The notes: generated by a model from the letters alone, not told the origin. Positions 1-14,125 are shown, counted from the stretch's first letter. The stretch: DNA of 64,000 nucleotides from Eledone cirrhosa (GCA_964016885.1 OZ024740.1:334118001-334182000), one strand, 5' to 3'. Program-made: numbers and translations.

Positions 1-147
1 AGTGTTTATTTTCCTGATAGTTCTCTTATAGCTATTGATAAATTAGAACATATTTATATGAGTTGATTTAAATCTTAATATTTTTAACACTCAAGTGATT
101 TTAGATTAGATATGAACAAGATTATATAATTTCGATTTATTCGGAGG

Positions 148-712
<565 letters not shown>

Positions 713-2959
713 ATCCCAAACCCATTGATTAAATTGACGACGGTTAGAAGGATCTCATACATACAGAAATACGTGGCAATAGGTTACCGTATAACGCATT
801 ATCAAATAATATAATCCAAGGATAGCAATGTTTTCTAGGGAAAATATTTTGCAATCTTTAGATAAGGTCATCTATATCCTGAGTTCAACGATGATCATGA
901 ATGCCGGTTAACTTAAGATAAATGATTTTATTTTTGTAATTCTTCTTTGAGAGGTTAGTTTGTTCGGGTTTAGAACATTCTCTTGCGGGCTCCAAAATAT
1001 AATTATATTTGATTTTCAGTAACTGACGAGGTTTGCTTGTATTACGAGAAGACGTTGTTTGAACTCACTAAATTTTTAAATATTTATCATGCAAAAGTAA
1101 AGAAACCTGTGACCGGAACCTCATAAACCAAATATTTCTGATAGTAGAACACTTGATGAAAGCTTCCCCCAGAAATTATAACAACTAGAACTGAATAACT
1201 GATATTCCTCATTAACTACCGTAATGGATATAGATTAACATTAGAGCAAACGAATATAATAATTATGAGAGACGAAAATTGAATATGAATTTCAAAAATC
1301 GTTGTGGTCATTGGATATTCCCAGATAGAAATTATTTTTACATAGATAAGATAGTAGAAAGGAAAATTAAAACCGATTAAACAGAACATGCAGAATAGAA
1401 AATGTTGTTTGAACATACGTAGAAAAGGTTGTTTGAACGGGAATAAAAATCAAGGAAAAGTAACACTGCATTACATGATTCAAGAACCAAGAACTGTATA
1501 CATACTATTGAAATGACACTCAGGCTATGGAAACAGCAATTGAAGAATGCATGTAAATTGTAAAAAATGTTGAGTGTATAATGAGAGAAAAGCGCAAAAA
1601 GTAGGTGTGTTTAATATTTTAATCTCATGATATTTCGATCTGGAACTGGTGGGATTTTACATTGAAATAGTTGAGAAAATGTGCATTTTATCCAGTCATT
1701 GAGTTGTTAGCTAAATATGAATGGAAAGCAACTGAGCTAGCATTGATTAACTGAAATAATGTGAGAAGACCCAAAGAGTGTCCCGGTTGTAGCATAAAAA
1801 GTTCGAACACTCAATTTAGAAATACTCAAATGAACCGGACTGAAAAACTATTCATAATACAGAGTGACTCATGTGTTCAGAATGATTGATAGAATGATAT
1901 AAAAGGAACCTTTGAGTGAAAACCTTAAGAAGACAAACGAGTCGTGGGAATGACTAAACTGATTAGCAGTGAGCTATAAAATGTCTGAATAACAATACAT
2001 AGTACCACTTAAATGCAAAGAAAACGAGTCTCTAGAGCCAGGTATAGCAGTCTTCTAAGGTACAATCAATGGTTCAAGCAATAGTAAGGGCTAAATTTAT
2101 AACAATTGTGATAAATTATTAATATTACGCTTATGCCGAACTATACAAATTGTGTAATGTTATTTTGGATTAATCTGTATTTTTTCTTTCCTCGGCGTTC
2201 AGTTATATAGTTAATCGAGATAACATCTTCAGTCTACAGCTAATGTCATCCAATAATCATTTACTAATTCTCTCAATATCAGTTTTATTTGGAGTGATGA
2301 ATATAATTGATGTTTTGTGAGAGAAATTATCTTTGTAAACTTTCAGGGTAATTTAGGATTGTTTAGGGATAGCAATTCTGTTATGAGAATTGTATTCAAA
2401 TCTCGCGTAAATATTTACCTTTGTGGTGGTTAATCACATTAAGTGTATACCAATTAGATTTTTGAATATTTCTTCGTGAAGAAGTTATGAATAATCGTTA
2501 TATATTGTGGGAATTATCGTTAATTTGTACATTTGATTTATCAGATGGGATAAAAGTTCTATTCAATATTTTTTGTTATGTTGAACTTCAACTGATTAAT
2601 TTTATGTATTCCTCGATGACATCCCTCTTGGTTACAATAATTGCTAGACATCAGAATTATAAGGGTTGCGATACTTTGCAGGCGCGTATGTCAACATTTT
2701 TCTCATCTATCTAGATAATGTATCACTTCTACGCAATTATTATTGATAGTGATCGTCTAATACGATAGTCACTTGCATTGGGACGATATTAGGAGTATTG
2801 TATTCTGGAGGTGCAAGGTGAAACAGTGATAGTTAAAGAAATTAGTAGCCAGTTGGTGGGAGAGAGCAGCGGGATGTACGGGCACAGTGAGGTCGACTTT
2901 AATCTGGGTAGAGCGTATTGTCAACGGGTAAAGAATCAGCCATGTAAAGAGCCTCAACG

Positions 2960-3281
2960 TCAAAGTCATGGGTCTACTGCACAAACGGTCGAGATGAAAG
3001 AATTAGGAGTAGGGGATGGATAGGAGGAGAGGAATTTGAGGTTGGCCTGGAAGCCAGTGGGTTTAAAGAAGGCGTACGCGATGAGGGAGCGATTGGAGTG
3101 GTTCATAGAAACAGAGATATCAAGGAAGTGGACGAATTTCCTTGCGATAGAGGTGGTGAAATCAAAAGGCTGTGGAAATAACTGAAGAAGGAAAGGAAGG
3201 AGTCGAGCTGTATTCGGGTGTGTGGCGTGGCGCTGATGATGTCGTCAATATCACGTCTGTATAAGACAGGAGTGGGGACGG
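2960..3281 (-). pseudogene. Old Penelope-like RT fragment
   Basis: Minus strand reads PVLYRRDIDDII (degenerate YxDD), then after a frameshift FTTSIARKFVHFLDISV...FFKPT...LKFLSSYP, matching the PLE RT/thumb pattern FLD..KPT..L.F.S.HP. Confidence 0.7.
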
Positions 3282-3445
<164 letters not shown>

Positions 3446-3500
3446 GAAGTAAGACGTCTGAACAAATCTGCCTGTGACGAAGAATCAACCAGTGCATCAT

Positions 3501-3543
<43 letters not shown>

Positions 3544-3579
3544 ATTAATAAATGGAAACTATATTTATAAAACCATATT

Positions 3580-3644
3580 TATTTCATTATATATATTTCA
3601 AGGATACCAAGTTAAATCATGGCATGCCTTCATCAGACAAAATA
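3580..3644 (-). ncRNA. Minimal type I hammerhead ribozyme
   Basis: Minus strand TATTTTGT-CTGATGA-AGGCATGCCA...TGGTATCCTT-GAAA-TATATA-TA-ATGAAATA; stems I and II pair, palindromic loop III. Confidence 0.85.
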
Positions 3645-5226
3645 CAATATATAACAGTTTTACAAATAGATAATTGACATACCCTTTCAAAAAGGTGACC
3701 GTTGTTTTTGGAGGCCATCCGGATAGTGATTTGTTTACTTTAGTAAGTCATAGCGTTAAGAGTAAGTAAAAAGATGGAGAGAGAGAGAGAAACGTGGAGA
3801 AAAGAAAGGGAAAGATAGATAAAGAAAAAGAAGAAAGCAAAAAGAAAAGAGAACAGAGGAAAAATAACGGGGAGATATCAAAACATCAGACAGAGAAAGA
3901 GCTCAAGAGAGAGATATGCATAGATAGAGAGAGTGGGGAGAGAACGAAAACCTTAAGTTATGTTATATTAAGTTGAGTTAACAATTGAGATGAAATGAAT
4001 AAATAAAATTAGAAATATTAATATTCGTGAATGGAATATAGATATATAATATGAGAAATTACACATTGTTTAATTATGATTATATATTTAGTTTAAAATT
4101 GAGATCAATATATTAAAAATTGGAATTTAAACACTACAAAATAAATATATAGCTAGAGAAATTATCTATCGTATATCACATATACACAGACAAAGGTACA
4201 TAAATATATATATATATACTCACTCACTCAGAGATACACATTATATCTACTCGCGCACACAATGTATACATACAAACATAAGTGATTTTTTATTTATTGC
4301 TATACACTCCTTGTGTTATTAATTAAAAAAATTTAGTATATATCTACAAATATATAGGATTAACTTTTCTGCATTTATAGCTGTTAAGTTATGTATATCT
4401 GCAATCAAAAACTGCATGTGTAAGCATGTATATTCACACCCATAATTCTTAGCTATACATGAATAGATATGTGTGTGCATCTTCAATTGGTATACACGCG
4501 TGACTCTGCATATATACAGACAGACATATAATCACAAAAAACCTATAACATGTATATGTATGTCAAACCACACATATAGATACATAAGCCGGACATAGAC
4601 ATAAGTATACATCAACATATAACATAGTACAATTGAGTATATAAAATACAAAAGGATTATAATTATATCAATATAACTTAAAAGGCAAACGAATTCCACA
4701 AACATCAAAATACTAAAATATCCCAAAATACTATAGAATATTTCAAGGTAAAATAATATGTTTAATATATTTAGCATAGAAATTTATCTTACGTATATTT
4801 TAATCAAGACATTGAGAGGACAAACTTTTGAAAATTATGAGAAGCTATCAGAATAAAAAAATAAATCTAATAAAAATTATGAGAAGCTATCAGAATACAA
4901 ACAAATCTAATAAAAAATAAAAAATAAAAAATAAAATGAATCTAATAAAAAAATGAATCTAATAAAAAAATGAATCTAATAAAAAAAATATAAATAAAAT
5001 GAATCTAAGCTAAAATAATATGTTTAGTATAGAAATTTATCTTACGTATATTTTATTCCAGATATTGAAAGGATAAACTTTTCTAGAATAGTTTATTATA
5101 TTTATAATTATATTTATGAAGAAAATTTATACTTGGGTACTTAACCAAAGAAAATGAAAAAGGTGAAGGAATCTAATGGTTTATCGACAGGTTTCTTATA
5201 TTTACTAAATTATTTAATTAATTAAA

Positions 5227-7370
5227 CTACATTTTAAATTTATATTTATATTTAAACGTTGAGTTCAATCTATGTCTGCAGCAACTGAATAAATTATTTA
5301 TTAAATTAAGGGAATTTTTGGTCTTTAATATAAAAAATATTTCCTCTAGACAAAGATCACAATTTTCAGAAGAGGAATTAAAAGGAGTAGCTTCTGAAAT
5401 AATATTCCAAATCAACGAATATTCAACATTATCTCGTTTTAGGTCCCATAATAGGCTAGATAGCGAAGTTGAAGATTATTTGTTTGGATCTGTAAAAGAA
5501 TGTTTATGATTATTGAAGCGGGATTTAAATTCTGTAGAGGTAGAACCGACATAGTTAATGAATTTAAATTAGTTTTAACATTACAATTATAAACTACATT
5601 TTTAGCTAAGCAGTTGTTATTTAACGTACAGTTTGATTTATTTCTACAGTTACAGTTATTCGATTGAATATTGCTTGGATTATTATTGGTATTTTGGTTA
5701 GGTTTTACATTTCTATTATTAATTCTATTAATATTTTGCGCTAAATTTTTGGTGGAAGAGTAAGTTAATTTTATAGTATGTCTATTAAAAATTGAGTAAT
5801 ATTTATGTGTTCTAGGGAATCGTTTGTCAAGAGCTTTAAAGAATAGTTTAGCAATAGGGGTTTTAATATTTAGTGAGAAAGGAGGAGCGAACCATAATAT
5901 ATTCCTAGTTCTATTTCTTTTTCGGCTTTTGGAGTTATTGTAATATTTTCTATTATAGTTGTTGAAATTGTTACCATAATTAAAGTTGTTATTATTTTGG
6001 TTATTTTGTATATTATTATTATTATCGATGTATTTAATTTTATTTCTATACCCAGCTCTACCTAACGCTTCGTTGTAATAATGCGCTTTTTCATCAAATA
6101 TATTCTTATTAGATGAAATTCTTGAGATTCGTTCTTGAACCGAGTTCACTATAGTATTTTTAACGGATCTGGGGTGATTAGAGTTAAACTTGACATAATT
6201 TAAGTTCTCATCTAGTTTGTGAAATGGATAATGAAGACATGTGTTTAGATTTAGTGTTACATCTAGAAAATTGACTATTTTATGGTTATTCCCTATTTCT
6301 ACTTTTAGATTAAGGTAATTAAAAAATTGTATAATTTGTTTTCTTTTTCTATTTAGTTCACAGCTATTATTTTCTATAAGTAAAAGCATGTCGTCACGAT
6401 ATAAGCCTCCAGTTACCCCTGGTATTTTTCTATGTAGAGAATTAATTATAAAAAGGCCCACAAGGTCCGTTACCTGAGCTGAGTCTGAAGATCCCATAGT
6501 TATGTCGAAATTATTATTTCTATCTGCCCTAGTCCAGAGTTGGTTATTAAATTCTATTAATGTTTTCCGTGCCGATAATATAATGTGCATTTCATTGCTA
6601 GTTAGGTCTGTATGTTTAAATGCGTAAGTTAGTGCCTTATTCAGTAGATTAGGAGTGATAGATGAGTAGTAGTTATCAATATCCAACTGAATAAACTTAT
6701 TATTATAGTTATATTTAATTTCTTTAAACCAATCGATAACCTCACTAGTCCCTTTCCATAATTTTAAGTAAGATAAATTAGGTAAATTCTTAATTTGTTG
6801 TATTATTCTATCTAGACTATTTTTGCTAAGTCTGCCCAGGTCAGATTTAGATGGTGCAATTAATCTGACTGGTAAATCATTTTCGAAGTTTCTTTTATGA
6901 TCCTTCATATTGATCTTATGTTTCCTTGGCATGAAAGGTTGTGTTTTATTTTCAATATCTAGTTCATGCATTATACAAGAGGTATCTGTATTCAGTTTTT
7001 CAAGTTCGTCCTTATTTGCTACTTTATATTTCTTCCTTACTTCCTTCAATATAAGGTCGTTATAAATGTCCTTTTGTATTCCGTAAAGATTATTAGTTTT
7101 GTCCGACTTGACTAGAATTTTCTCCGTTTTCTCCAAGTTTTCAATATTATCCTTAATATCTCTTAAGTAATCTTGGCCTTTGAAGTTGTTTTTGAATTTG
7201 ATGCTTTGGATGATAGATATGATATCATTTTCAAAATCCATTAGTAGTTTGTTGGCGGTGGGGGGGTAGATTTGAAGATTTTATCCAGATTTGAAACATT
7301 TTCATTTAGATTAGATTTATCGAAGTGGAAAGCACGCCACCTGATTCTTCTTATAAAGGAGTCTGATTTT
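5227..7370 (-). pseudogene. PLE-1 reverse transcriptase / GIY-YIG endonuclease ORF, frameshifted
   Basis: 600-aa ORF 7241-5439 with KSDKT, QLDIDNYY, MGS, GGLYRDD, FLDV, SNHP, WFAPP, CNCx5Cx5C, VVY; continues in other frames with YVGST...FKSRFNNH and CDLC...CRH; upstream RRIRWRAF separated by a G-run frameshift near 7262. Confidence 0.9.
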
Positions 7371-7556
7371 TCTATTAATTGAAATATAGTTTCCATTTAT
7401 TAATACTGTATATCTACTCCAAATATTTGTCGAGTGCTTTATATGAGTTATAATAATATTTGCTTGTGGTATCCCAACAATTTATATTGAACTTTTGCAT
7501 ATATATATATAGAAAGGATAAAAAGGACGATTGATTATTCCTTCATTGCATTTATT

Positions 7557-7648
7557 GATAGGTGACGCGCGTTTCGCCACTGATCAGCTCAAGGTTCGAT
7601 CTATATCGATCCTACCCGACTCAATAATCGGCAGCTCGACGGACCCTC
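7557..7648 (-). ncRNA. Hammerhead-like motif with variant core, 3' end of another PLE
   Basis: Minus strand GAGGGT-CCGTCGA-GCTGCCGATT...GATCAGTGGC-GAAA-CGCGCG-TC-ACCTAT followed by AATAAA. Confidence 0.6.
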
Positions 7649-8459
7649 TTAAAATGCTATAAGAAAATGAAATACATGCTATGTGGTAAAGTCAGAGTTT
7701 CAAGAGTTTGACAAAATGAGATGTTTTGATTGGTGAGAAGGATCAAGGCGATGTACTGGCCTGTAGTGAATATGGGGTTGGGTGTGATGGCGAGATATTG
7801 GTGACGGTCTGTGTATGAGGTGGGCTGTGGTGTGGTGGTGGTGGATTGGCCTTGGCGTGTAGATTGTGTAGGGGTGGATGTGATGATGTGGTGGTGGTGG
7901 TTAAGGTTATTTAGTGGGATGGGCTGTGGTATGAGGTTAGTGGATTGTCAGTAGACGGGTTGGCGTGTGGGTGGGGGTGTGGTAGTGGTGCCTTTGTCTA
8001 TGGTAGCGGCGTTTGTGGTGGTGTGGTGGATGTATTGGTGGCGTCAGGTCCTTACATAGATACATAGTTAGACGCCCTTCGTCTGACAGATACCTTGTAT
8101 ATACGTATACGTACACACATATATGTATATATGTGCACATATATTGTTGTATAAACACACACAACATAAAACACATACGCACATCCTTGCCCACACTAAT
8201 CGGCATACGCTCACACACAGCCATATGTATATGTACACACATGTATGTGCATGCGCGCATGCGGACACGAATATGGAGAGTGGGGGTGTATCGGTGGGGG
8301 TGGCGAACGACAGAGTTGGGGGGAAGGTGAGAGGCGATGTAGAAGGTGTTTTACATATATACATACACACACATACACATGGGTATGGGCACATGGACTA
8401 ACACTCATGTATGCAAGATATACACATACACACTCGCACACACGTATACCCACACATAT

Positions 8460-9140
8460 ATATATATACACACATATATATATACACACACATGTACCGA
8501 CAACACACACATGCACGCATATATACACATACATGCACATATATGAGCTCACCTATACATAGAGTCATATTTACCCATATACATATATGCAGACGTACAC
8601 ATATACACACATAATACACATACATATATACACACACATACACACATGCATACACATACACATATATATATATACACACATATATATACACACACATAGG
8701 CATATGCATACACATGTGTTCACATACACACACACACACAGAGATAAATTTGCGTACACGCACGCACATTTAAAACGCCCGTATGAGTAAAATACTTACA
8801 CACAGACACGCACATTATTATTGGTTGGGGAGTGGAGGTATGTTTTGTCGGTGTTGATGAAGTATGGAGTTGTGTTTTATGGTGGTGGTGGTGGATTGTG
8901 GGGGACAAAATGTGTGTATATATATGTGTGTATATATATGTATGTGTATGTGTATGCATGTGTGTATGTGTGTGTATATATGTATGTGTATGTATGTGTG
9001 TGTATGTGTACGTCTGCATATATGTATATGGGTAAATCTGACTGTATGTGTAGGTGAGCTCATATATGTGCATGTATGTGTATATATGCGTGCATGTGTG
9101 TGTTGTCGGTACATGTGTGTGTATATATATATGTGTGTGT
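8460..9140. repeat. Inverted repeat (~230-bp arms) within CA/TA-rich low-complexity DNA
   Basis: catgtaccgacaacacacac...gagctcacc...tttacccatatacatatatgcagacgtacac (8491-8600) is reverse-complementary to ~9007-9115. Confidence 0.85.
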
Positions 9141-9385
9141 ATATATATATATGTATATGTATGTGTATATATATGTATATACACATACACATACACACAC
9201 ATACACATACATGTATATGTATGTGTATATATATATATATATATATATGTATATGTATGTGTATATATATATATATATATGTGTATGTGTGTGTGTGTCT
9301 ATATGTGTGTATGTGTTTGTGTGCTTCTCTGTGTGTGTATTTATATATGTGTGTATGTGTGTATATATATATATATATATGTATA

Positions 9386-9426
<41 letters not shown>

Positions 9427-9700
9427 GTATATGTATATATGTATGTATATGTATATGTGTATATATGTGTGTGTGTATATGTAGGTGTATGTATATATGT
9501 GTGTGTGTATATATATATATGTATATGTATGTGTGTATGTGTGTACGTATATGTGTGTATATATGTGTGTATATATATATGTATGTATATATATATATGT
9601 ATATATGTATATTTATGTCTATATATATGTGTGTGTATATGTATATATATAGGTATATGTATGTTGTATATATATATATATGTATATATGTATGTGTGGG
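9140..9700. repeat. Degenerate (TA/TG)n low-complexity tract
   Basis: Visible composition. Confidence 0.95.
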
Positions 9701-10189
9701 TGTATGTGGGTGCGCGGAGTGTTTGAGTGAGTGTGTTTGTGAATGTGTCTGTTGATTTTTGGAATATAGTTGAATAGTTTAAGAGAAATTTGAAGATAAT
9801 GGTATGATATGCACTCAATATTTTGAATTGGTCTATAGAATTCTCTAGGCCTTTGTCACTTAGTAGAACCTCAAAGAATTTAGCTTTTAAAGAATCTCCC
9901 TTTTCTTTAAATCCATAAACCATGACGAACCCCAATGATCTTATAGACACCTGATATCTAGGCATTGTTAGCTTAAGAGAAACTTAAAAATAAGGAGTGG
10001 CACCCCATCCCGAACTTGTTTATAGAATTTTTTCTGCCTCTGTTACTCTAAAAATAAACTATAGCTTTGAAGAATTAGCTTTTAATGAATTCCCTTTTCT
10101 ATCAACCAATGACCTACACCCATCCCACTCCCTACCCTCTCCTACCACATGCAGAGACCTATAAATACCATACTTATTTTTTGATACCC

Positions 10190-10240
10190 AGATTCCTGAT
10201 GATATCTAAAGGATGAAACAGTTCTAGTCCTGTAGAATCG
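10190..10240 (+). ncRNA. Hammerhead-like motif (short stem II)
   Basis: GATTC-CTGATGA-TATCTAAAGGAT-GAAA-CAGTTCTAG-TC-CTGTAGAATC; two more copies at 10570-10618 (-) and 10627-10675 (+); stem I is atypical. Confidence 0.55.
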
Positions 10241-10242
10241 CA

Positions 10243-10289
<47 letters not shown>

Positions 10290-10337
10290 AGTGACTATGT
10301 TTTGAAACAGTGAGCAGGTTTGAAATTAGAAAATAGA

Positions 10338-10523
10338 ATAGCTTTCACCTAATTTTTTACTACAGGAATTTTAGCCTGATAATGGGGTTTAGAACCCTCA
10401 GATAAATGGAAAAAGTTGAGTATTGACGAGCATGTACGTCAATACTCATCTTTTTCCATTTATCTGAAGGTTCTAAACCCCATTATCAGGCTAAAATTCC
10501 TTTAGTCAAAAATACGCTGAAAG

Positions 10524-10527
<4 letters not shown>
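10338..10527. repeat. Near-perfect hairpin, ~91-bp arms, 8-nt loop
   Basis: 10338-10428 is reverse-complementary to 10437-10527; a single arm recurs at ~24098-24180. Confidence 0.93.
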
Positions 10528-10554
<27 letters not shown>

Positions 10555-10558
<4 letters not shown>

Positions 10559-10690
10559 AATATAGATGAGATTCTACAGGACTAAAACTGTTTCATTCTT
10601 GAGAAATCATCAGGAGTCTGATTCCTGATTCCTGATGATTTCTTAAGAATAAAACAGTTCTAGTCCTTCAGAATCTCATCTATATTAAAA
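10555..10690. repeat. Palindrome of two head-to-head hammerhead-like units
   Basis: ttttaatatagatgagattc...tcatcaggagtc mirrors gattcctgatga...gaatctcatctatattaaaa. Confidence 0.9.
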
Positions 10691-10720
10691 CTTTTATACT
10701 CTGCCATGTATTGAGTACCT

Positions 10721-10768
<48 letters not shown>

Positions 10769-13700
10769 TTGTGTTTGTGTGTGTTTGTGTGTGTGTGTTT
10801 GTATGGGTGTGTGTGTGTGTAATTATGTAGCTGGTGAGAGAGAAAATCAGTCTGTAACAGTTTGTTATCTCATATATTATCTTTAAACATGTATAATGTT
10901 GGTTGCGGATAAACCTATTAATTTTGCTCTTACCATAAAAGGAAATTTAAGTCGCAGTGATATGTCATCATATATAAAACTCGCTCCGCTAAGCTAGGTA
11001 ATAAAGACAACCGTGCACAAAAATGTTAATTGCAAACGAATGATCACTTATATCGAAATAAATGTAAATTTTAGTGATAATGCATCATTAAATACCACAA
11101 TCATCCTACCTAAGAAAACTTTCCTCTAATAATTGTATACACAAATTTAGCTAAGTTTCACTTATATTACAACGACGACACCTATTTACTACTTCTTTCA
11201 TGCTATTATTCAGGTGTATCGTTTTAACTTTTCATATCCTAATGTATGTAAATCCATTCCAATGTTCAGATTAATGATTTATACTAGCTCATCTCCTTAG
11301 GTATAAAATACTATTTTAAAATACTATAAATTAAATACTATAAATTAAAATACTATATAAATTAAATGTATATATTGGTTATACTTCTTATCCACATTAA
11401 GCGACTAAAATTTACTAACTTCATTCCACGTACACTTGTAGCATTTAGTTTTATTATAACCTAAATTCAATTATATATTTCCTTATTTAGAGCAATCCAT
11501 TACGGTCCAAGCCACTAATTAATCCATTGCAAATAATATTTCATGTTTGTTATCCACTTAGTTTCATCACCCCTCATAAATTATCATTGATTCCCTTTTC
11601 ACTTAAACATTGAACTAATTAGTATTTTAATTTGAACCATTTTGTAAGTATTAAATGTTAAGCATTTTATAGCTGCCAGCACTTGATGCTTAATTCGCTT
11701 TAAATACATATTAAGAATAACCCATAAAAGTCGTGAATCCTCCAAAACTTTTAGACATAGAATATAACTCACAGGACAAGAAAAATAGACTAACTCACAA
11801 TATATTCATCATTTTCGTGACAATCTCTTAACTCTACGTAACTAAGATTAACTAAATATTTAAAAACATATATACATACATTTTATCATGAACAACTCAT
11901 GTTAAACATGTGCGCACACTTTAGAAATGCAGTGGCTTTTTGTTCATTTTCTACAATATAGGCTTGTTCATAAACCATTGAATATATGTTAAAGTTTTTA
12001 ACATTTCCTACATTCATTAATTTCTAGAATTAAATTCTATTACAATCAAACTAGATAAGGTCTACCTCGACATATTTCGTACTTACTGCAAATGCAGCTG
12101 AATCTTTCCTAGAAGTCAAAGTCTGATCTAGCGTAGGTCCTTGAAAGTCTGATCTAGCGTAAAACACTTTATTTCACGTTGCTCCAGTATATTCAGCCGA
12201 AAATATGTACCAGCAATTGCTGGGTGGTTTAACCCTGCGATGGACATATGTGTGGGTGTGGATTGCGAATGCTAGTCATACACATGACCAAAATCGTGAC
12301 GATTTATCAGATTTTCATGGCATTATTACTGGTATAGAAGCTTATCTGTGCCTACTATGTTAAATTCTGTATGAATCTGCAAATAATGTAGGTAAACATT
12401 TGAAAGATACATTTCAGAAACAAATTGGATCACTATCAATAAAAAAAGGCTGTAATATCTATTAATTTGTGTTGCGTAATTTTAATTTTAATATTGTGTT
12501 AGTTAGGTTTACACTTCCGATTTTAGATTTATTTATTACTTTAGTGTATTCATTTGATTGTTTCGATTGTCTAAGTTATTCGTGTGATTAAGTATAAATT
12601 CCTTGGTTATTGTTTATTAGTTTAACCTGTTACCTCGTTTTAGTACGGATTTTTCTCAGTTACTGTGTAGCTAAGCTGTTTAATAAAGAAGTTCCTTGGC
12701 CTGTCGTTTGATCTCAATTATCTTTTAGTATATTCGATATCTCTTTGAGTTGTTAATTCACAGGAGCTGGGTTGGTTTTGATTAATCTGGATTTGATCGT
12801 TAAGCAAGTAGTTTAATAGAGTTTATTGTTTCTTGTTATGTTAGTGGTGTTTTCTTATAAAGGACTCAAGTGAAGTGTATTAGTGGTTTCTGTTTCGTTG
12901 ATGGCATATGTTTTGTAACTCATATTTAGCGGATGAGTTGAACATGTGAATGTACTATTCGAATTGCGTATCAGAATGTTGCTTATACATTAATATACAC
13001 AAAAACGCCCAGACATGCGTGTATGTAAATGTGTGTATAATTGTGTGTCCGTCAATATGTGTGTGTATGCATGTGCGTGTGTGTGTATCTGTGCATGTAC
13101 GCAAACATACCACTATTAAATATATCGTTAATAGAACAATCGTGAAGAGTAAACACTTTCGTGTGTATGTCTATTATGCTAGGGTTTGGGATGGCAAGCA
13201 TGGTATATATCATTCTTTTATGAAACCTTCATGAAAGAAGCTATCTTGTATGTCACCTTTTTCAACAGTCAATAAAGATATCAAAGCATTTCATCCCATC
13301 TTCTCGTCTCACATATATTGCGTAATTCCCTTTATCTGGTGTTCTCTATAATTCAATTATCACATTTTGTTGAAGATTTTTTTTTTCATTTCCACCGGCA
13401 TTTATGTCTAATCTCTATAGATGTTAAGCTTAGTTAATAATAATACTTTCAGATTGATTAGATTATAAATAACACTATATGACCCAGAATCGTTCGTTGG
13501 TGTATTTTACTCTTTTGGCCTATTGTTTATGGATATTCAGCAATTCGACAATGTTTCAGGATATGAATCATGATGCAATACTTAACAGTTCCAAACAGAT
13601 TTGTAAAAGCAAGTCATACACTTCAACTTGTCATCCAAATAACAAACACTTCAGATAAAATACGGTTTAAAATTTTACAGTATATTAAACAATTTTATCC

Positions 13701-13899
13701 CGATAAATATTGATTTCAATGTGAAAAAGCTCAAACTACAAACGAATATTTATCGGTAAACGGATAAACGTGTTATCGATAAGCGTTGACTCTTCTTTCG
13801 CCTCATTCTCACTCAAATTATATATGGTTTAAGCGGTTTTGACTGATAATGTTAGACGCTTCTTCCCTTTAATATTTGAAACAAAGCTGGAAATAAAGA

Positions 13900-14125
13900 A
13901 GGCAATAGATGTGATGTTGAACATTAGTGGGAATTGCTTCACCTTTGAATGGAAAAGCTACTGATGGATTATGACTGAAGTAGCCATGGTGAAGTTTGAT
14001 ACTGATTGTTGTATCATTAATGTGACAACGAGGAGAACGTACACTTGCTGATCTTCAACCAATAACGCAAAATCTAGATTCGTATAAGGAATCACCAGAG
14101 TTGATGTATTGATCACTTTCATATC
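13900..14125 (+). pseudogene. Possible highly decayed PLE-type RT remnant
   Basis: Reads NCFTFEWKSY*WIMTEVAM, resembling the N.F.F.G..Y.Q..G.AMG motif. Confidence 0.3.

Larger units (their letters stand above)
3540..7380 (-). mobile_element. Penelope-like element PLE-1 (probably Nematis-type) with long 3' UTR/pLTR, ending in (TA)n
   Basis: RT-GIY-YIG ORF, hammerhead near the 3' end, (TA)n at 3504-3538, inverted tail piece at 7381-7500. Confidence 0.88.

Noticed and set aside
1023-1125. CTGACGA followed later by GAAA as a hammerhead
   Set aside because: No stem II closing at GAAA and no stem I/III pairing found
4755-5085. Direct repeats and AAAATGAATCTAAT units in the PLE-1 3' UTR
   Set aside because: Local slippage duplications in AT-rich UTR; no regular repeat-spacer pattern, not CRISPR
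12118-12161. 18-bp direct repeat aaagtctgatctagcgta
   Set aside because: Only two copies 8 bp apart; simple local duplication
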